From Balanoglossus misakiensis (Eukaryota > Animalia > Hemichordata), in NCBI GenBank assembly GCA_040954595.2, contig CM082576.2, positions 13,333,129-13,397,128 on the forward strand: a stretch of 64,000 bases of DNA, given 5' to 3'. Both the position numbers and the translations under genes were made by a program. How positions within the stretch are numbered: the stretch's first letter is position 1; each line of letters opens with the position of its first letter. Positions 51,601 through 63,800 of this stretch are shown piece after piece. Below the pieces are notes generated by a model that saw only the letters and a list, made by a program, of their open reading frames with translations, was not told where the DNA came from and ran no database searches.

Positions 51601-54600
51601 ATGGCCCACCCCTGTGCTCTTCTTGGACACCCTTATAGCTGCATATATCCCGGAGGCTTACCCAGTAGTAAGATCCCTTGACTCAAGTGTGCTCATTGTA
51701 AAATCCTGTAAACATCAGTAATGTACCCTCTCACCCCTATTTCATGATACACGAGTCCAACTATGTCGTGGGACGTACACTATGGGGTTTTGACCAAAGA
51801 ACGAGGAAACTGGGGGTAAGAATTTATTATTGAGATACTCACCAGAGGTGCACCTCGGAATAAATGCATTCCATCGGCTGTTTGACTGTAATACGTGATA
51901 GTATACATTCCATTCTCCAGTACTGATTCGGGTAAATCTCCCAAGGCTTCGATGTACTCGCCTACCAGCTGGTGCTGTGAAAGGATGACAACATATAAAC
52001 GTATTATCAAAGACAACAATGTCAATATCATGTACATGTACTTAGATTAATTTGATGAAGTTGAAACTCCATGGTATTTAGTGATGGTCTTCAAGATTTT
52101 TTTTTTAACTTACCATTGTATCAACACGAAAGAGGACATTTCCAGTATACATTTCATAGATGACGGTTCCAAGACCCCACATATCAACGGCTGCATCGTA
52201 GTCTGTACCGAGAGCTATCTCAGGAGCCATGTACCAGATAGTTTGCAGGGTGTCTCCTTTAACCTGTTATTCATAATACAAAAAAAACACAAAATTTTAA
52301 AGTTAATACATGTAGAAGTTATAAGGCTTGGACAATATAAACAGTAGTTGAAAGGAAATCTTGATTGCAATCATTACGTGAATTAATGAGAGAACTGGAC
52401 CGTCCACTTACACAATCATTATTGCGTCGTGCCAGGCCAAAATCAATGAGTTGAACGTCAATCTCCTTGGGATCTCTCAGCATGATGTTGTCGGTCTTGA
52501 TGTCGCTGTGAATGACACCCACGCTTGGACTACCCAAGAATTCCAAGGCTTCCAACACCTGTCTGGTGATTTTTCGTACCACATCCAAGGCAAGTCTCTT
52601 GGGTTTTGACGAAACGATCAGGTCATGAAGACTCTTTGTGTACAGTGGCAGTGTCATACACAGCATGTTTTTGTATTGGAACGCTGTTTCCATCATAACT
52701 AGAAAAAAAATGAATCACAACAACAGTTATTAAACATACTGGGTATATGAACAATAATCTACACCAAAGTCAAATGGAGTGAACGTGTGTACACTATAAA
52801 TGAAACAGAATTTCATGTAATTCAACTAGCTCCATATTAAAAAGAGGGGGGGGGAACCACTATTAAATCTCAACTACTGGTAGTACTTAGTATATTGGCA
52901 TGCTATTTGGAGTAGAACAAGAAATTGCATTTGACACACGGAAGAAAAAAGACTGAAATCAAAGCCAAAAGTCTCTTTAATCTTACCCGTGTGAACATTG
53001 TGTCCTGGATTGTTTTGTTTGATCCAACAGAGCATTGTAACTTCAATTCTCAGAATGTCATTCCTCTCACACTCCTTCTTCTCCAGCTCGATCATCTTCA
53101 GGGCTTTCTCGGTCTGCGATTGCCGGTCCCACACTTTCGCAACCTGCAAAGAATCATTCAGTGTACTGTGGTTTGTGTGTTACAGAATGAAAACACAGTA
53201 CAGTTATTTATATCAAGATTTTGTCACAGAGATTTCAGAAGATCCTCCAACTTTCTGCATGGACAAGAACAATTAAGTAAAAATGCAAATTTACAGGTAC
53301 TCGAGCAAAATCACACATTCATTTTTATCTTTTTTTAATTACTGCGGATAAAAAATAAATAGAAATCATATCCTTCATAAGCCACTATTTATTGCAATGT
53401 TCAGTATTAACCCTTTCACCCCTAGTTCCCTCTTTAGAGGTCCAACCATACCATAGAATAACAATGGGTTTGGACTGAACCATGGTGGTGTAAAGGGTTC
53501 TAAAGAGCACGTGAGAAATGCAAAATAAATAACTTACCATTCCATATCCTCCCTGTCCAAGTATTTTCTTAACTTCGTAATGGTCGAAATAGACAGCACC
53601 TTCATCAAGCTTCGGTCTCTCATCTAGCACATTGCCAAATGTGAGCGTAGTTATTTTTGGGATGACAGGTGTTACAGGGGTCAGGGCGTTGTTCTGCTCT
53701 GCTACCAGTTTCATCTGACTCAGCACTTGGCTCAAGTAAAAGGATTTAAAAGCCACTGAAAATTCAACAACCGGTGATCTTGGTGTGGCTGCTCTACTCA
53801 CAGTCGCACCACCATTCGGGAGTGGACTTGGAACACCCGGTGTTGAAACTGGCGTCTGAGACTGTGGCTGGACGGCCGTTCCCCCAGTAGAAGTGGTGGC
53901 AGCGGTAAGGTGCTTTGGAAGCAGTGTTGGAGTCAATGGCCCAGGTGCTGCAACAGCTACAGAATATGATGCTGGGGCAACGTGACCAGAAACCTTACTG
54001 ACGGGCTTCAGAACTGGCCATGAGGAGGCTGCCCATACCAGGGACGTACTACCAGCAGAAGTCAGAAGCTGTCTTGTACCAGTCGTGGTGGCCTCAGCAG
54101 CAGTAAGACATGGAGAGCATGGAGACACCACTTTGGAATCAGATGATTTGGAATCACCTCTTGCATTCAGCGTGTCAGCTGCAGTCACGGGCATCAAATC
54201 CTGTTCCCCAGTCCTAGGCTTTGGCTCGGACAACTGATGATAAAAAGTACAACACCTTTCAGTCTCAGAAATATGTCATGGCTGACACCCAATTTGTATA
54301 CATGCATGTACAGTATGTCAGTATGTGTATATTCTTATTCCAAATGGAAGCTAAAAATGGTGTCTAAAGGTCAAACATTCTCTGAAACTGTCTGAATATT
54401 ATTATAGAATGTTCAAGCAAAATCTAATTACCTTCATGACTTCATTCTTGATAGTCTCAACGAGTTCTCCCTTTGGTACAGATACCGCAGGTTTGTTTTC
54501 AAGGGATCCTGTAAGTTACAAGGAAATATTTACAAAAACCATCATTCATTGAAGTTGGCTGCGCATTGCAAGTTATCATCAGTACCACAAGCAGTGTGGC

Positions 54601-55298
54601 CTCTATAAAATTAACACAAATTTTGCAGATTGCGTTTTCGTATGATGCGTGCATCGGACTCGAAGTCACTCTACGAAATAAACATTCGATGCACAGAACT
54701 CTACCCCGCTGTCAACGCAGCGCGTCCGCTTTTGGAGACGCGTCATCGTCACCATGGGAGAAGGCCTACGGCGGCTCCCTGGGCGGCGGCCCCGTGCCCG
54801 GCATCTATTTTTGAAATTTTAACTCCGCAACAATATCAGTACCAGGAAAAATAAACTTAAATTTACAAACAAAATAAAAAAAAGGGCGCTGACGAACGTT
54901 TCCTGCTTCAGACGGTGTCACTAAGTAAAATTTTTCATGCAATATTATATGTGCCTACACACAGCGAACCATCATAAACACAGAACTCGTTTTTGTTGAA
55001 CTGTACAAAAATGCATCAAAAAAATTCACCCAAACAAAATTAAAGTTTTGTATATTGAGAAATTGAGAAAGAAGCGAAAAACTGAAACATTTTCAATACA
55101 TGTAAGTTGCATTTAGTCACTTTCAGGATGAAATGTGCACGATTCGCTTGACGCGGCGACGCCCGCCCGGCCGTCGATTGATGAGCGAACTCTGAAAAGT
55201 CTGTATTTCGTGAAAATACTGAAAATTTGCCTCGAACAAACGTTGGTTTATAAATTGTAGCTTCACTTACGATCCATGTCTCTTTTGGTGATATCCAT
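48668..55298 (-). CDS. Divergent CMGC Ser/Thr kinase, DYRK1-like (DYRK/HIPK group), ~865 aa
   Basis: Exons (minus): 55298-55271 (or the copies at 56020-55993 / 56733-56706), 54508-54432, 54233-53538, 53143-52987, 52698-52412, 52263-52114, 51974-51843, 51227-51109, 50245-49542, 49059-48916, 48771-48668; 2598 nt, open frame. Motifs: LGQGGYGMV, ALK, IEV, VIHSDIKTDNIML, IDFG, LQTIWYMAPE, VDMWGLG, RRITVQEALSHSF. Confidence 0.88.
49685..50000 (-). repeat. 138-bp (46-aa) coding repeat, ~2.3 copies, in the acidic C-terminal tail of the kinase
   Basis: cgcatcggcgatccaa at 49721 and 49859; unit TESVD..RDSEQN...SHSENEE.GVAWAIH..S.Y..GSPMR. Confidence 0.9.
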
Positions 55299-55992
55299 CA
55301 GGAAGGATTAACTTGTTTTGGTAAAAATTTGAAACGAGTTTCTTCGCAGCGATGTGTATGATGCTTGCATCAAAGTCACTATGCTATGAAGTGTTTGTGT
55401 ACAACATTTGAGCACCATGGATACAAGAATAGAACTTTTCGAATTATTTACGTCACACACGTCACAATATATGCAAATGTGGGGCCGCGGCCGTGTAACG
55501 CCGGGAACACACACTGAGACCTGAAATTTTAACTCCGCAACAATAACCGTAACCAGGAAAAATAAACTTAAATTTACAAACAAAATAAAAGGGGGCGCTG
55601 AAGAACCGTTTCCGGCTTCTGACGTGACATTGTAAAGTAAAATTTACATGCAATATTATAATGTGAGCACTCAGTGTCCAAATGCGTACAGCGTCTGCCA
55701 ACCACCATAAACAGCGAACTCGTTTTGGGTTTAATTTAACTGTACAAAAATGCATAAAAAAAATCACCCAAACAAAATTAAAGTTTTGTATATCGTAAGA
55801 AATTGAGAAAGAAGCGAAAAACTGAAACATTGTCGATGCCGTTAGTCACTTTCAAGATGAAATGTGCATGATCCGCTTGACGCGGCGACGCCCGGTCGTC
55901 GAAGGGCGATCTCTGAAAAGTCTGTATTTAGTGAAAAATATTGAATATTTGCCTCGAACAAACGTTGGTTTATAAATCGTAGCTTCACTTAC

Positions 55993-56020
55993 GATCCATA
56001 TCTCTTCTGGTGATATCCAT
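55993..56020 (-). CDS. Alternative first coding exon of the kinase, copy 2 (MDITRRDMD)
   Basis: atg gat atc acc aga aga gat atg gat c|gtaagt; phase 1 matches the exon starting at 54508. Confidence 0.65.
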
Positions 56021-56705
56021 CAGTGAAGGATTAACTTGTTTTGTTAAAAATTTGAAATGAGTTTCTTCGCAGCGATGTGTATGATGCTTGCATCAAAGTC
56101 ACTATGAAGTGTTTGTGTACGACAACATTTGAGCACCATGGAAACAAGAATAGAACTTTTCGAATTATTTACGTCACACACGTCACATTATATGCAAATG
56201 TAGGGCCGCGGCCGTGTAACGCCGGACCGGGAACACACACTGTACTGAGACCTGAACTTTTCACTCCGCAACAATAACCGTAACCAGGAAAAATAAACTT
56301 AAATTTACAAACAAAATAAAAAAGGGCGCCGACGAAAGTTTCCGGCGTCTGACATTGTAAAGTAAAATATCTAGATGCAATAATGTGGGCACTCAGTGTC
56401 CAAATGCCTATAGCGAACCATCATAAACACCGAACTCGTTTTTGTTAAACTGTTCAAATATGCATCAAAAAAATTCACCCAAACAAAATTAAAGTTTTGT
56501 ATATCGTAAGAAATTGAGAAAGAAGCGAAAAACTGAAACATTGTCAATACATATAGTTGCAGTTAGTCACTTTCAGGATGAAATGTGCACGATCCGCTTG
56601 ACGCGGCGACGCCCGATGGGCGAACTCTGAAAAGTTTGTATTTCGTGAAAATACTGAATATTTGCCTCGAACAAACGTTGGTTTATAAATCGTAGCCTCA
56701 CTTAC

Positions 56706-56733
56706 GATCCATATCTCTTCTCGTGATATCCAT
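56706..56733 (-). CDS. Alternative first coding exon of the kinase, copy 3 (MDITRRDMD)
   Basis: atg gat atc acg aga aga gat atg gat c|gtaagt; phase 1. Confidence 0.65.
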
Positions 56734-58214
56734 CAGTGAAGGATTAACTTGTTTTGGTAAAAATGTGAAGTGGGTTTCTTCGCAGCGATGTGTAATGATG
56801 CTTGCATCAAAGTCACTATGAAGTGTTTGTGTACGACAACATTTGAGCACCATGGAAACAAGAATCGAACTTTTCGAATTATTTGCGTCATACACGTCAC
56901 AGACTATGCAGATGTGATCATGTGTACCGCGTGGTCGGTCGCAGGGCTACTACGATAGCGAATGTGTACATGTGTGGACGTGATACAGGTTGTCCATTTT
57001 GAAACGCGATCGAACTCATCATGCGAAACTGTTTCTGGGGGTTGAGAGGAAAACACTGACTGTGACTGAAAATTATGACGAAATGCAAGAGTTAGCGTAG
57101 CAAAACATCAAAACTTACCAGTGCGACAGTTGTACACTCAGTAGGCCTACAGTGCATGCATGCAGTGAGCTAGTATCGGGTTTTATCAGAGGAACGCATG
57201 ATTGGAATGATGTTGCAAAGATCACGCAAAACAACTCATCAATTATTACTTCCTTTGCAGTTTTCATCTTACAGTATTCCATGGCCATCTCCTAAAATAC
57301 TGCAGTCGCAACGGTTCGTTAAAATCCTCGTCAATCGCTCATATCCGCATGACTACAGCATCGTGTTTAATTTCGCGCTTTCCGGTTGAAATCTGACCAG
57401 ACGACAATTTTTTGTCTATTTATTGCGCATGTGCAGTGGCAGGGCACGTAATTTCAAGGTCAACCGTGCCTGCCTCAAACGTTGAACATCTGAAATCTGG
57501 TGATCATTGTCCTCGGGTTGTCATTATGCTGTCAAACTCATTGTTAAATTGTATTTGGGAGCATTTTTACCACTTTTGGTGAAATATTGCAAGTCCGATT
57601 ACCCATGATTGTATCAATAATTTCCCACACTTCTTTTGTGTTTAAGTTTTATTAGTCATAAAAAGATAAGATTTGTGTAGTTACATTTTTTGGATTTGCA
57701 TCCTCATGGTAGTCAAAACCATCTTCCAATGTTTTCATGCGCTTCTATGAATCTTTCTACCTTGCTTATTTCATGTACATTATGATACATGCTATGTCAC
57801 CATACACTGAGCACTAAAGTTTCCATCCTGAATCCCATACTATTGGATATGTCAAATGAAGATTTATCTTGTGGAAGAAATCTTTCATGGTCATTCGTAG
57901 AATTCAATGATTCTTTCCGTACACAGAAATCAGATTACATACCTAGTTTACCTACACATTGAAAAAGAGGAAGTTAGTGCATAGGCGACCACGACTGAGT
58001 AACCCTACTGCAGGAACCCACATACTCATTATGTCAGACAACACAAGGATGAATTCTGTGACAACCCATGTCCACTTTTTGAAGCATTATTTTATTTAAC
58101 AATGACAGACTGACTGTATTAGCTATGTTCATTGAACATGATATTTCAGAGATTTTTCTTTTCTATACAATCATTAAATAGAAGATATATACAGATGTTC
58201 CAGAGCCAAGTTCA

Positions 58215-59046
58215 TTATTCTTCCGAGTCCCATAGATGATTCATTGACTGCGGTCCACTTGACCTGCACGACCCAAAGTCCCGTCTCACTTCCGAGGTTT
58301 CCTCATCCGTGTCATCACTGTCGTCGGTCATGCGACTGTCGTGGGAGAAACTTTCCAAGACCGTTCTCAAATCAGGTATACTGGGAGTCCTGATGCTGTG
58401 ACTCCCTGCAGTCCACTGATTTGGCTGCATGTCACAATTGCTCATTTGAGGAGTCCTCTCACACGAATGATGGTTGAAGGCTATTCTGTGTATTCTCTGC
58501 AGAGGCGACGAGTCGTTGATGATTGGGATGTCTTCCCACATAAACGTCGGCTGCTGGGGATGTCCCGAGTTCGTTTCGTTCACGCAGGCAGAATCCTCAG
58601 TACTGTCTTCTATTCTGCAGATGGATGATATTGGGTTTTGGTAGTTGTCCAATCCCAGCTCATTCAGAGCCTCCTCACTGCAAGTACTCTCACAAATTTT
58701 CATGTTTACCACACAATGAACACAATCCCGACTATGATGGCCAAAGCTTTCTTGCTGTAACAGCTGGTGTCTATGAACAGAAAAGAGGAACAATGGAAAA
58801 CATTAATAATTATAATTATATTGGAACAGCCAAATACAATTGTACACTACCATGTGTTCGACCAACAATTTCCTTACAATGCAGCTGCGTCAATCCCGTA
58901 CCCACAATAGCTCTTCTATGGGAGTAGCCATCCCATCCCCCCAACATTGGTTCCATCCATGTCACGCTTTCTCTTTTCAGATGTTTTCATACTGTTATGC
59001 AATATATACTACCCCAGTTTCCATACCTCGGACAATCATGATACAT
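58215..59046 (-). CDS. Putative orphan protein (~191 aa) with a Cys/His-rich N-terminus and an acidic tail
   Basis: Exons 59046-59027 (MYHDCP-ag|gtatgg) and 58770-58215, joined in phase 2. A likely 5'UTR exon ends at 60057 (|gtaagt), TATATATA lies at 60186-60193 and AATAAA (minus) at 58091-58096. No family recognised. Confidence 0.5.
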
Positions 59047-60838
59047 GTAGAACTGAATAGTCTACAACTACAATCAGCTTACAACAATGCTTATGCAATT
59101 TCTGTGGACTAGGCCTATGACGGCAGTTCATGTTTTTATCAAGTACTACTAGTACTAATAGTATCCTGATATATGATCTTTTTGTTACAATAAATAAAGC
59201 AAATACTTTGTAATGTTCTATTGGAAACAGTGTATCGTTTCTCAGTCCATTTACACATGCGCGCGTATACATTGCATTGTAGTTGCCAGTACTCATAGTC
59301 ACTATATGGGCAGGACACAATGTTCAACCAAGGGAAGTAGAAACCAAGACGTACAAATTTGAAACAATGTATTGTGGGATGGAAGGATGGTGGTTTGGGG
59401 GAAAAGGTGTAAAAGTCATCTAGTAAAGCAGCAGAAGCACCCGGACACGAGTTCCCGATGACAAAACCCAGACGACAGGGTCAACAACCGTTGTGCACAA
59501 TTATGTAATTTACAGTTCAATAATCCCCTGGTTGACATCTCTGCATTTTTATAATAAGTGACACAGGAAATACTGTTTCTGGATGCAAAGCGGACAGAAT
59601 ACGGCTAGATACTAGGCTAAGGAAATGCCAAAGTTGTTCTGATGAAAATTAAACTGTAAATCGTGCCGATATCATATCACGAACGACACTAAGTGGAAAT
59701 TCCCCGATGCGCAGGCAAGTGCGCTCTGCTTCACGCTCCCCCTTCCCCTCCCGGTAAACTGAGTAACATCCCAATATACAATGAAAGATAGACAACAATC
59801 TATATTTACAATACAGTATTTACAATATTACGGGCTGGCATTGTAAGACAACGATTATTACTAAGTGTGTACCACCACGGTACGAGAGGCACACGGCTAC
59901 CGAAGCCCGATCCCGTATACATTGTATCCCGGTTCAGTGAATCAGTCGAGACGGGGTCCACTGGGGTCGGGCAGTCGTGTCCACAGTTGTTGGACGAAAC
60001 AATTATCACGCAGAGAACAATCTATCATTAGTTAATCGCAGTAAAATTAAACTTACCATGCGATTGTGAATTCGGAGCAACGAGAGGAAGACAGTACAGT
60101 TCTCACAAGCTCAGATAGTCGAAGAGAGAGAAATAATTTATGGGAAGGTGAATACATGGAAATTTCCACAATCGGTTGACCACCCTATATATACACGTAC
60201 GTCGCCACTTGGTTGTTTCCTCTGGTGATCGGCAAACCTGGCCAATGAACGCCGTAAATGCAGATATTTGAACTTTGAACTCGTAGGAACGCTCCCTGCA
60301 CACATTTGTCACATGTACAGTGCAGCCTGGGCACAGTACGAGTTTAATCGTGCGAAGCTATTGCGTGTCGATATTTTCAAGAAGTTTTACTATTTATCGT
60401 GGGAATGTATTTATTTTCCATAGTTCATTTGACCACCACAATTTCAGAGAAATATAATATAGAGTGGAGGGTGGGGTGTCCTTTCAATACCATAATAAAT
60501 TTACTATATAGCGAACGAGGTCAGATGATACCATTTCAAACATGGGGGTAGATATGGCATTTAGAACTTTGAGTACATCATTGACACACGTCTCCAAAGT
60601 CATGGTATCACATGCATTACTTCAAGTAACATAAAAAAATCAACTTCATTACTTCAATTAAGTTAAAAATCAATGTAAAGAGTAAACACCCAAGCAAGAA
60701 ATTTGTAATTTTGACCTGCCATTTTACCAGTTGTTATCATAGTTTAACCTTACAATATGGCGCCGTGAAGAAATGTCGAATGTAAACGAGATGGTCTAAT
60801 CGACTTATTTCATCGAGAAGTTGGATTACCTCGCCATC

Positions 60839-63800
60839 ATGTGGCACGAAGCTAGAAAACAGGAGCGAAAGCTCCGCGGGATGATGGTAGATTATAAAAG
60901 AAGGGCCGAGAGGAGACGTGAATATTACGAAAAAATAGTAAGTAGAAACAGTACATAACACACTTGAACAATTTTGAGACATTGCAATATTGTAGTGCCT
61001 GGTGCCACGCGAGCGGACCTTGGACTGTCCCATCCCCAGATGGCGATGGTTAGCATTAGGATTAGCGTTAGGGTTAGGGTTATGACTTTATTTTAAATAA
61101 CTTTAAAATGACGTTATCCAAAAACCAAAACTTGCCGACCTTATTTACGAAAATAAATCACTGTAGTCATTTTAAATACAGGCATAAACCTAACCCTAAT
61201 GCTAACCATCGCCACCAGAGAATGGTATAGTCCAATGTACTCTTATATGGCACTACAATTTACTATGTCCCAATTTTGCACACTGTCACAGGGACTTGAC
61301 ACTGTATATTATGTTGTAACTTGTAGTGTAAGACATCCAATCCATTGCATTGGGTACAATATAAGTACATTTACTGTTCACTATTATATAACACTTGCAT
61401 TTTTATATAGCGACACATTATAAGCAGTGATACTCTCCCTGCCTCTCAATTTTCATTGCAAAGTATTCTGGTATCTCATCAGTTTGTCAAAAATTAGCAT
61501 CATTTAAGGGCCCAGAAGTAGAACCCATGTTAGCGTTCTCGTTAGACGTTCAGGTGGAAAAGTGCTTGGCTTCACGTTATCGTCTGTTTGTGTGTCGTGC
61601 CCACTCTGTATTCGAAATCTGAGCGTATACATGTACAACTTATGCCATGGCGCTGCACTGCAACTATGGTTACAGCCATCAGGTGACCATACAATGTGAT
61701 GACCAAATTTCTTGTAAAATGAGTAAAAAGACAAACATGTTTGCGTTTGTCACTATGAGATATCCAGCTAACAAGGCATACACATTATATTTCGTAGGTA
61801 ATATTTTTTGTTGCTCCAAAGTGAGAGTAACTTTTCACGTTTGCAACTACATGTAACATGAAAACACCTATCTCCACATAAAAAACTTGAAGTCTTTTAC
61901 GTGAACGTCAAACTTTACACAAAACTTGATGGCGTCATAACAGAAATTTGTGACGTTGCGCATTCACGTTCACATAGAACGTGTAGCCGAACCTGTCTAA
62001 TGTGTCAACTCCATTTACAGTTGTATTTATTTATTTCTCTGTAGAAACTAGATCCTACCCAGTTTATCCGTTTGCATGGACGCCCTTGTAAGATCAACTT
62101 GGATCCAGCTGTTGCCATGGCGGCAGAAGGACCAGGAACAATGTAAGTTTTAACATTGGCATGTACTTTGTCATCAGTTTGAAAGTTCCGTGAAATGTGT
62201 TGTCAAGTGGAAGTGAAACATTCTGATTCTTGCTTCTCTGGTGTTTGGCTTTTTGTGACCTTGGGAATGAAATATTGCTTTTTTGCTGTGTAATTTTGTC
62301 TTTTGAACTTTATACTTATAGTACAATCTTGCCTGGAGGAAATATTAAAGGGTCTTTGTGTATTCAGAACTTAGTGCATCTTATATTTCACTCTGATGCC
62401 TACCAGTACCTGCATGTGTGCCAAATGATTGTGACTATACTGTTAATGCATTCATTATAGTGGCCCATTTCTATGTTATGTTGCTAGGCGTTGACTTGGG
62501 TCAAAATATTGACATGACTGAATACTGGATGGGCCACACGCAACTATTACTAAATTAATTAAAATCAAAATTGTTTGGACTTTTTTTGTTCGTAGGATGC
62601 CTTGGCAAGGGGATTCCACCAACTCGATTGACAGATTTGACGTCAGAGCACATTTGGATTACATTCCTGAATATAAGCCATCACCGTTTCAAGATGTGGA
62701 CGTTGAGGAAAAGAAATGCAACTATGAGCGTTATAGGACATTGGTTCAAAATGAATTTATGGGAAGTAAGTATTTAAACATGAAAGAGCAATAGGATATT
62801 GGTTAAAAAATGAATTCATGGGAAGTAAGTTTTAAAACATGAAAAAGCTGGTCTCTGTAGATGGTCAATTTGGATGTAGATGAACTTCCTCTGTCTTTGA
62901 GAAAAACAACAACTCATAATTCACTGCCAGCAACTTCAGAATGATATTTTAAAGCTTTAACTAGAACATGTAATTATCAATTCGGATTTCATACTTCAAT
63001 TTTTGACAGTGACTGAAGAGCAAGTGTTGTATCAAATACATCTGGATGACCTGTATGGGGCTGAGAAGAAAAAGAATGAAGAAAAAGAAAGGTAAATAAA
63101 GAAATGTCTCCCGAACCTTGATGACCGGTTTACAGTCATTCCACATTCCAAGGTTTCACATTATAATAAATTCCCATTGTATTATACTGTATTTCTTGAA
63201 TGAAATGAATCTATGCTTCACCAACAGGGTTCTTACAAGGGCTGTATCTCAATTTTTACGCCCCTATGCAACAATGTTATTCTTAGCCGTTATGCTGCAT
63301 TCCCCATAATGTAAAAGTTTTCAAAATGTGTATAGTTTTTGATCAACTCTGGTGTTAATGTTTCATTCAAACGTTGACTGATGGAATGCTTTTCAACAGG
63401 TTAGCTAAGGAGAGAGCATCAATAGGTTTTGTATATGAAGACAGTACCCCTGCTGTTGAAGATCCTGGTGGTGGTGACGAAGATGCTGGCAATGGTAATC
63501 CAGATGAGGAAGATGAGGATCAGGATGAGATAGACAGTGATATCGATATTGGTGAGTTTGGAAAAAACGGAATTGCATTACGAAATGTGTTGAGTGTGTG
63601 TGTAATGCGTCGCCGAATCATTGAAATGTGCCTTGATCTCTTTTTTCTTACATGTATTTTACATGTACATGTTCAACTTTGGTAACCAAAATGATTCCAC
63701 TTTCTATCTGGTGAAGTGAAGATAGAGAGTTTAGGTTATGTCCACTTGTCCTGAATCATTATTCAGACTATATACCTAATAGCAACACACATATCACATT

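Larger units (their letters stand above)
54640..56900 (-). repeat. Tandem array of three ~715-bp units plus a diverged partial unit; each full unit carries a promoter-like segment and the first coding exon of the kinase
   Basis: actccgcaacaata...accaggaaaaataaacttaaatttacaaac recurs near 54820, 55530 and 56260; exon 3' ends at 55271, 55993 and 56706. Confidence 0.93.
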
